Source of the DNA: an archaeon
GTDB taxonomy: Archaea > SpSt-1190 > DYHY01
Length of the DNA: 13,788 bases
Reading direction: 5' to 3'
NCBI GenBank assembly: GCA_037442745.1
Contig: JBBIPP010000001.1
Location: 1 to 13,788 of the forward strand
The translations under genes were made by a program, and so were the position numbers. Below, piece after piece: positions 6,400 through 13,788 of this stretch (its first letter is position 1; each line of letters begins with the position of its first letter). The notes under the pieces were generated by a model that was not told where the DNA came from, did no database searches, and saw only the letters and a list, made by a program, of their open reading frames with translations.

Positions 6400-7812
6400 A
6401 TGGAGAATGGAAGAGCCGGACGGAAGGGGGATCTTGCAACAGTAATAACCCTCGTAATGGCAGCAATAATTGCAATTGCAGTCCTTTTCTTTCTTTTGGG
6501 CGGAATTTTCCCTTTGATAAGAGTTATCGGGGTCGATGTCCCGACAGAAGCATTGGTTGACATGAAAAAGAGCTATGTAGTCTCTTCCTGCTCAGGCTGG
6601 CTCGATTCTGGCGCCCTTGAGATTTCCTATAACCCGAAAATAAACGATGCCCAGAAATCAGCCGATCTTGGATGGGACGAGTTCTGCTCGCCTGATGCTA
6701 TACGGGACAATCCAATGATGCGTTGCACCTGCGCGAAAGCCTGCACAAAGGCAGTCTCGGCTGACAAGAAGTGCCAGCTGAATCCGAACATTTTCAAGCC
6801 AGATCTCTTCACCCATTCTACTGACGACCCGGAAAAGGGGACAATTTCAACATCTTTCGAGTCAAGGGAGGGTGTCTCAAGAAAGTTCGCGGCATCCTAT
6901 TGCGCCCTGGATTTCCTGAAAAGTCTCTCCGAAATTGACAGGACGTGCCGGCCGGAGAGCGAAACAGCTGGGCTTATTGTTGTCCAGATTCAATTGGAAT
7001 ATTCCAAGCCAATTGCTGACTATGGGACGCTGACACCAATTGGATCGCTGAGAACAATTACCGGGGATCCCTTCCCCAACATAAACGAGGTGAAGGTGAC
7101 TTGCCGGGTGACTTGCAGGGTTCCGGGAGGATGCGATGGAACAACAGTCTCCGTCAACTACGGATGCAAGAGCTATCGTCCTTATTGGGCTTCACTAAAT
7201 TCTGCAGACCATTGCTGTGAACGGAGCATTACTAGTTATCCGGGATCAGTTATTCCGAATGCGGAAAGGACAATTCCGGTGTCAACCGGGCGCTGTCTGG
7301 GCAGTGCCGGGGAATGCGGAAGCATTGAGAACTTCAGGGTCGAAAGCTCGGAAGAAACAAACGCATATTCAAGCATAACATTCATTTCCGGGGACGGCGC
7401 CAAGGCGCTTGAAAGGTTCCAGATTGTTGAACCTGCCCAGACCTGCGACCATATTGCTGAAGGGGAGAGTTGCTCTAAAGAATTCACAATAAGGGCGCTC
7501 GACGAAGTGTTCGATGTTGACATTGGTGGCTCCCTTCGGGGAGCGCATTCCCTTGAGAACAATGCTCTCTATTGCAAGGCAGTCTATCAGGGGGACGACA
7601 TATTCTCGACAAGAGAGCCACCGGTTTTGACTGTTCTGGCGGCACAGTCCGCTTATTATGCGTACGACACTGCTCCGGGCAACGTTTACAAGAATTTCCT
7701 ATGCATTAACGAGGACGAAAACTGCAACGCAATTTCCCAGTCTCAGGCAGGAGCCCGACCGGGAACTCCTTATGACATGTCTGCAGGCAACTTGAAGGGG
7801 GCGTGCGGATAA
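6400..7812 (+). CDS. Large Cys-rich pilin/adhesin-like protein (RKG|D), CxxW / C-x3-C-x9-C family, 470 aa
   Basis: Start re-assigned from 6361 to ATG 6400: MENGRAGRKG|DLATVITLVMAAIIAIAVLFFLL. Contains CSGW and CAKACTKAVSADKKC; 22 Cys; extra C-terminal domains. Confidence 0.85.
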   Translation: MENGRAGRKGDLATVITLVMAAIIAIAVLFFLLGGIFPLIRVIGVDVPTEALVDMKKSYVVSSCSGWLDSGALEISYNPKINDAQKSADLGWDEFCSPDAIRDNPMMRCTCAKACTKAVSADKKCQLNPNIFKPDLFTHSTDDPEKGTISTSFESREGVSRKFAASYCALDFLKSLSEIDRTCRPESETAGLIVVQIQLEYSKPIADYGTLTPIGSLRTITGDPFPNINEVKVTCRVTCRVPGGCDGTTVSVNYGCKSYRPYWASLNSADHCCERSITSYPGSVIPNAERTIPVSTGRCLGSAGECGSIENFRVESSEETNAYSSITFISGDGAKALERFQIVEPAQTCDHIAEGESCSKEFTIRALDEVFDVDIGGSLRGAHSLENNALYCKAVYQGDDIFSTREPPVLTVLAAQSAYYAYDTAPGNVYKNFLCINEDENCNAISQSQAGARPGTPYDMSAGNLKGACG

Positions 7813-8270
7813 TGGCTATTGAAAGGAAGGGCGCACTTCAACTGACAATAACTGCGGTAATTGCAGCGGTAATCGCAATAGTTGTCCTTTGGATTGTGAT
7901 TGGCCGGGTAGCTCCCCAGATAAACCTGATGTTAAACAACGGAACGGAAATCCAAGGGAACAAATATCTTGAAATACAGGCTCTTCATAAAGCCTGCTCT
8001 ACTTGGAGGGGCTTTGAATATTTGGACACAATTGACCTTGGAATTGACGACTCATTCACCAAAATCGGCCTCTCAAAGAGAATTGGGGACAACCTTGTCT
8101 GCGAGGACCAGAAAAGGGACTATATTTCCTGCGTGAAGAAGTGCGCTGCCTTGGAAACCCAGCTCTCAGCCTGCGCCGAGAGGAAGGAAGGGTGCTATTC
8201 TGTGGGGGGCAAATATTTCCAGAGGTGCGATATTGAAGGGTGCACGGGAACGGGAGGCTCCTCTCAATGA
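7812..8270 (+). CDS. Cys-rich pilin (RKG|A), CxxW / C-x3-C-x9-C family, 152 aa
   Basis: TAATG overlap. MAIERKG|ALQLTITAVIAAVIAIVVLWIVI. Contains CSTW and CVKKCAALETQLSAC; 8 Cys. Confidence 0.85.
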   Translation: MAIERKGALQLTITAVIAAVIAIVVLWIVIGRVAPQINLMLNNGTEIQGNKYLEIQALHKACSTWRGFEYLDTIDLGIDDSFTKIGLSKRIGDNLVCEDQKRDYISCVKKCAALETQLSACAERKEGCYSVGGKYFQRCDIEGCTGTGGSSQ

Positions 8271-8920
8271 GCGGAGCAATAAGAAAGGCTGAAGGGGGGG
8301 TCAGTCTCCCAATAATGCTAGTACTTGCAACAATAGTTGCGATTGTAATACTTGCAATTGGAATAGGAGCCCTTTCAAAAGTGAAAAAAGAAGGCAATGA
8401 CTTGGGCTCTGAATACAGGGTTGCCGAGGCTGTCGCATATTCCCAGATAAAGTCGAAATGCATGTTCTGGAGGGGGCAACTCGGGGGAATGGGCGGGGGC
8501 GCATATCTTGAGGGCCAGTGCCAGACCTCTCCAGATTCCTGCAGGTCGTCTTTCATGGACACTGCATTCAAGACATATGGGATAATGTTCTATTCGGGGG
8601 CGGCGCGCCTTGAAAAAAGCGTCTATTTTGACAGAGTCAGGAGCACCCGCACGCTTGCCTGCATAAGGGCTTCTGAGACTCTCTCTGCCGGAGTCTCAAA
8701 GGAAGACGACGCTCAAGCTCTCCTCCAGATTGCGAATTCCCTTGAAGCGAAATACCAGACTCCGACCGGAAAGCAGGAAATCCTTGACATTGCAATGAGT
8801 TGCGCCAAAATCTGCGAATGGGTTGCAACAAGGGAGGCTGCCTGCGAGAGAGGCCCTGCCAATTGCGCCCAGATTGCAATTGACTTGGATGAGGGAATTC
8901 TTGATGATTATTTGCCCTAG
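8267..8920 (+). CDS. Cys-rich pilin (RKA|E), CxxW / C-x3-C-x9-C family, 217 aa
   Basis: ATGA overlap. MSGAIRKA|EGGVSLPIMLVLATIVAIVILAIGI. Contains CMFW and CAKICEWVATREAAC; 8 Cys. Confidence 0.85.
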   Translation: MSGAIRKAEGGVSLPIMLVLATIVAIVILAIGIGALSKVKKEGNDLGSEYRVAEAVAYSQIKSKCMFWRGQLGGMGGGAYLEGQCQTSPDSCRSSFMDTAFKTYGIMFYSGAARLEKSVYFDRVRSTRTLACIRASETLSAGVSKEDDAQALLQIANSLEAKYQTPTGKQEILDIAMSCAKICEWVATREAACERGPANCAQIAIDLDEGILDDYLP

Positions 8921-8952
8921 ATTGCCGGGTAGTTCTTGCTAGAAAAGGGGTC

Positions 8953-8969
8953 TGAAAAGGATTAAATAC
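8953..8969 (+). promoter_or_regulatory. Putative internal BRE/TATA promoter (leaderless transcript)
   Basis: GAAAAGG-ATTAAATA (TATA 8961-8968), 25 nt before ATG 8994, in a 73-nt gap. No RBS is apparent. Confidence 0.6.
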
Positions 8970-8993
8970 TTGTTTTGCCTTTTTTAGGGCAGT

Positions 8994-9548
8994 ATGGCTA
9001 AATCCGGAAGAAAAGGGGCAGAACAGCCAATCTGGCTATTGGTTGCGCTTCTCCTAGCAGTTGTTGTAGGAATTGCAATGTTTAACATGATTAGCAAGGG
9101 GACGGGAATTTTCCAGCTCTTCATGGGCCAGGGCCAAAGCGGGGATACTGAGCGCATTGCAATGGAATCCTTCTGCAGGTCGTGGATTAGGCCGACTGAA
9201 ACCGATCTCAACGGGAACATTAACCCTAGGGCAAGCGAGCCTCCCGTGAGGGAGCGGGAACGCATGACTGATGTTTTCAGGAAAGCTGGCTGGCTCTCCG
9301 CTGAAAAGGACCCGACAACAAGAGCGTATATTGAGCAGGGGCCCCCATCTGGATGCGATTGCCTTGTATTCCTTGCAACTCCTGCCGGAGGGAACCTCCT
9401 AGGGCCGACCAAATCCAAGCAGTTCCTTTCTGACGAGGTGTCGAGCGGGTCAATCTACTCGCCCTATTCCTGCAACACAAAGGCTGCCTGCGTTGCCCAG
9501 AAATCAGTTCCTGAACTGGCAGAACTCTTCACATTCAGGAGCTGTTAA
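8994..9548 (+). CDS. Cys-rich pilin (RKG|A) with CxxW, 184 aa
   Basis: MAKSGRKG|AEQPIWLLVALLLAVVVGIAMF. Contains CRSW; 6 Cys. Confidence 0.87.
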   Translation: MAKSGRKGAEQPIWLLVALLLAVVVGIAMFNMISKGTGIFQLFMGQGQSGDTERIAMESFCRSWIRPTETDLNGNINPRASEPPVRERERMTDVFRKAGWLSAEKDPTTRAYIEQGPPSGCDCLVFLATPAGGNLLGPTKSKQFLSDEVSSGSIYSPYSCNTKAACVAQKSVPELAELFTFRSC

Positions 9549-10205
9549 TTGAAGGCAGGGGGAAAATAATGCCTCTCCCTCCCAAATCCCCTGCGGGGGG
9601 GGCTTTGCCAAAGCGGAAGAATGGGGGAAGGAACTCGATTATTCTCACATCCCTAACGACTATTTTCGGGGTAATTGGCCTAGTAGTCCTCGTTTTCGTA
9701 ATTTCCGTAATCCTCACATATACAATCAGGGGAGGGGTTGCAATTTCCCTTGCCCGCTCTGTATCCGCCCTCGCAACCGGGCTTGATCAAGTGTGCAAGA
9801 ACGACAGGAACCTCATCCAGTTGGAGCTGACAATACCAAAGGAAAAGTCGATCTATATTCTCAATTGCGAGCAGGTGGGAAACCTCGCGACAATCCCCCA
9901 ATATTCCGCCCGGTGGTCGGACAAGATCAGGCAAATGGATGTCGCCAGATACCGGGGCTGGAGCGACATATTGCTCGACTGCTCGAAAGTTGTCGCTGGG
10001 AACGAGAAGAAAAGGATTCATGTTGCCATTTTCGAAATAGAATATGTGCATCCGAGCGGAGGAAACACAATAATTATTCCAAAAGTGTCCTCAACCAAGG
10101 TGAACTGCGCGCTCCATGACGTTGAGCTAATGGAAGGGGAAGGGGAGTTTGTCGGTGGGACTAAAAGAAAGGTTGAAATAGGGATAACCCCTGTCGGTAC
10201 TGTTT

Positions 10206-12068
<1,863 letters not shown>

Positions 12069-12087
12069 GTGAGTGGGTTCGGACGAA

Positions 12088-12101
12088 AGAAAAGCTTTTC
12101 T
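12088..12101. terminator. 14-bp perfect palindrome between convergent genes; possible bidirectional terminator or protein-binding site
   Basis: AGAAAAGCTTTTCT gives a CTTTTCT tract on both strands within the 37-nt convergent gap. Function is inferred. Confidence 0.4.
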
Positions 12102-12105
12102 GGTT

Positions 12106-12939
12106 CTATTGGGAGAGTGTGAGGGAATATTTCTCCCTTGACATTGCTGGGATGGCTGCAACTGCCGTCAGTTTGTCGTAATTGTTGGGAGCGCTTCCTT
12201 GGGGCTCTGGAACTTGATTAACAGGGGTTCCCCAGACGCCAGGGAAAGAGGAAGCTAATTCCAAAACCGACTCTATAGAGTATCCTTCCTTGAGGATAGG
12301 ATCTGTAATTTGCTCGCCAGTAAACTCCCCTACACAATTCCCATCAACATCTTCAGTTATTTTGGACACATAGAAGTTACCAGACAACACAGAACTGGGA
12401 ACTAATATATACCCGACGCCATTTTCGGGACCTCCCGCAAATGAGTAAACATTTCCTTCAGGAAGCGTTCCTACTTTAGTTAATGGTATGTCTGCGCACA
12501 AAGATCCGAATTGGTAATTTCCCACCGCAGGTTGAAAGTATGTTTGAGCAAAAATAGTCAGGTTAGAGGTGTTTTTTGCGCTTACAGAGCATACACGCGC
12601 ATTATCAGGCCCGGTTATTCCAAAAACATAAACATCCCTCGAAGCCCATTCAGGATATCCCTCATGGGAATAATCTTTGCCAAGGGCGTTCGCTGCATCG
12701 AAGAAAGATTCCGGGGGTGCTATTGGATACCAACCGGCGTTCTGCCATCCGGGCGTAACCTGGGTTTGAGGAACATAAGGAGTTGCTGTCGGTTCAACAG
12801 TCGGGGTCGGAGGAGCGGTCTCGGTAACTGCCGGAGGTTCTTGGGTTGCTGTTGGTGTTGGCATAGGAAAGCTGTTGCATGCAGACATTGTTGTTGCAAG
12901 GGCGAATGTCAAAAGAAGAGGAACGTACTTTTTCACCAT
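12106..12939 (-). CDS. Putative lipoprotein with Pro/Thr-rich linker, 277 aa
   Basis: MVKK plus hydrophobic stretch plus lipobox-like MSA|C, then PTPTATQEPPAVTETAPPTPTVEPTATP and an unrecognised globular domain. Confidence 0.8.
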   Translation of the reverse strand: MVKKYVPLLLTFALATTMSACNSFPMPTPTATQEPPAVTETAPPTPTVEPTATPYVPQTQVTPGWQNAGWYPIAPPESFFDAANALGKDYSHEGYPEWASRDVYVFGITGPDNARVCSVSAKNTSNLTIFAQTYFQPAVGNYQFGSLCADIPLTKVGTLPEGNVYSFAGGPENGVGYILVPSSVLSGNFYVSKITEDVDGNCVGEFTGEQITDPILKEGYSIESVLELASSFPGVWGTPVNQVPEPQGSAPNNYDKLTAVAAIPAMSREKYSLTLSQ

Positions 12940-12974
12940 TTTTTCATTTTCCTTGGCTAGCTAGGCGGTAATTG

Positions 12975-12990
12975 GTTTTTAAGTATTTGC
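12975..12990 (-). promoter_or_regulatory. Putative BRE/TATA promoter of the lipoprotein gene
   Basis: Minus strand GCAAATA-CTTAAAAA (12983-12976), about 37-44 nt upstream of ATG 12939. Confidence 0.4.
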
Positions 12991-13021
12991 AAAAATAAAC
13001 CATTTCCGGTTCAAATTGTCA

Positions 13022-13645
13022 TTATTGTCCCTTTTTGGTTATAATGTAAAAAATTGCTCCCGCCAAAACAAGCAAAAAGAGACCTCCCGCAATATAAGGA
13101 ACCTTTTTCGACCCCTGCCGGGGAGAGAGCCCCCCCAAAATGCAGTCAGAAGGGCAGATTGTCGCCCGCTCCCCCTTGGAGCAGATCCTGTCCCCGCAAT
13201 AGACAACCCGCTCTCTCTCGGCAATCCGCCCGTTCCTCTCAACTGCAGCCTCGATTGTCTTCCCTTCAGAATCCTCAGGGAGCGGCAGGAAAAGGCTTGT
13301 TGAAAACCCCTGCTTGATGTTCCTTCCGGTGTCAAAGGAGAATTCGCTTGCCCGTTCACCGTCAACAAAAGCAACTGTTGAATATTCCCCGGTTCCCCCG
13401 CTCGTTCCGAGAGCCCCGTAAACCTCCCCGGAATATTTTATGTGCTTTTTCGAGGAATTGACAATCTCGAAATTCCCGTCCCCGGAATATTTTATTTCAA
13501 TAATCACAACGTCCCCTTCTCCTTCCGAGAGAGCCGCTATCTCAGGGGAAACGCTCGGGAAAGCGGGAACTGCCATGAAAGTAAGAAGGACGGCAATGAG
13601 GAGAATAAGGAGAAAATTCTTCCGGAAAAACACACTAGCTCTCAC
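13022..13645 (-). CDS. Secreted, C-terminally membrane-anchored surface protein with a CGD-x-IC-x3-E-x4-CPSDC cysteine motif, 207 aa
   Basis: GTG start with GGGGAAGGA RBS. Sec-type signal peptide. CGDRICSKGERATICPSDC at 13142-13198 resembles the Myxococcus-type Cys-rich repeat. C-terminal TM (YIAGGLFLLVLAGAIFYII) plus KK. Confidence 0.82.
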   Translation of the reverse strand: MRASVFFRKNFLLILLIAVLLTFMAVPAFPSVSPEIAALSEGEGDVVIIEIKYSGDGNFEIVNSSKKHIKYSGEVYGALGTSGGTGEYSTVAFVDGERASEFSFDTGRNIKQGFSTSLFLPLPEDSEGKTIEAAVERNGRIAERERVVYCGDRICSKGERATICPSDCILGGLSPRQGSKKVPYIAGGLFLLVLAGAIFYIITKKGQ

Positions 13646-13661
13646 TTCCTTCCCCGCAGGG

Positions 13662-13788
13662 GTTGTCTCCTGCTCAAAGACTGATTCCGAATTTTACAGG
13701 GAAATTTCCGTTGACGCGTGCGTTATTTCAGCAGTAAACCTTCTCGGAAACCCCTCCCTCTACCCAATAGCGTCTGTTGAAAGGAAGG
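13662..13788 (+). repeat. Exact 127-bp direct repeat, copy 2, running to the window end
   Basis: Identical to 11517-11643; the true length is unknown because the sequence ends. Confidence 0.95.

Noticed and set aside
7854-7877. 12-nt tandem repeat GCGGTAAT(T/C)GCA
   Set aside because: It simply encodes AVIA-AVIA in a hydrophobic helix.
12511-13684. Plus-strand ORFs 12511-12960, 13016-13303, 13054-13317 and 13442-13684
   Set aside because: Antisense to two minus-strand genes that have clear signal peptides and motifs.
13575-13788. Open plus-strand frame from ATG 13575 running into the duplicated pilin segment, as a possible chimeric gene
   Set aside because: Its 5' part is the antisense of the signal-peptide codons of the 13022-13645 gene, so it is probably open by chance.

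Overview
Archaeal DNA, probably from a DPANN-type lineage; this is inferred from the BRE/TATA promoters, GGTGA-type RBS, class III signal peptides and a CGD-x-IC...CPSDC surface motif. The core is a ~10.9 kb co-oriented type IV pilus-like locus (1165-12068). It has one 711-aa TadC/FlaJ-like (T2SS-F family) membrane platform gene followed by 14 consecutive genes carrying 15 prepilin-like N-terminal modules. One of these, a 43-aa gene at 4171-4302, is missing from the ORF track. Another (3593-3970) appears to encode two pilins in tandem as a polyprotein. The locus holds five genes for headless Flp-sized micro-pilins and nine for Cys-rich pilins. All nine have an even number of extracellular Cys, eight have a Cys at about +52 to +57 from the predicted cleavage site, and four share a CxxW ... 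C-x3-C-x9-C signature. Two internal TATA-like sites split the locus into three modules. No assembly ATPase or prepilin peptidase is in the window. On the left is a divergent, partial hypothetical gene. On the right are two minus-strand surface-protein genes (a Pro/Thr-rich lipoprotein and a Cys-motif, C-terminally anchored protein). The last 127 bp exactly duplicate 11517-11643, which may be an assembly k-mer loop or a real duplication.
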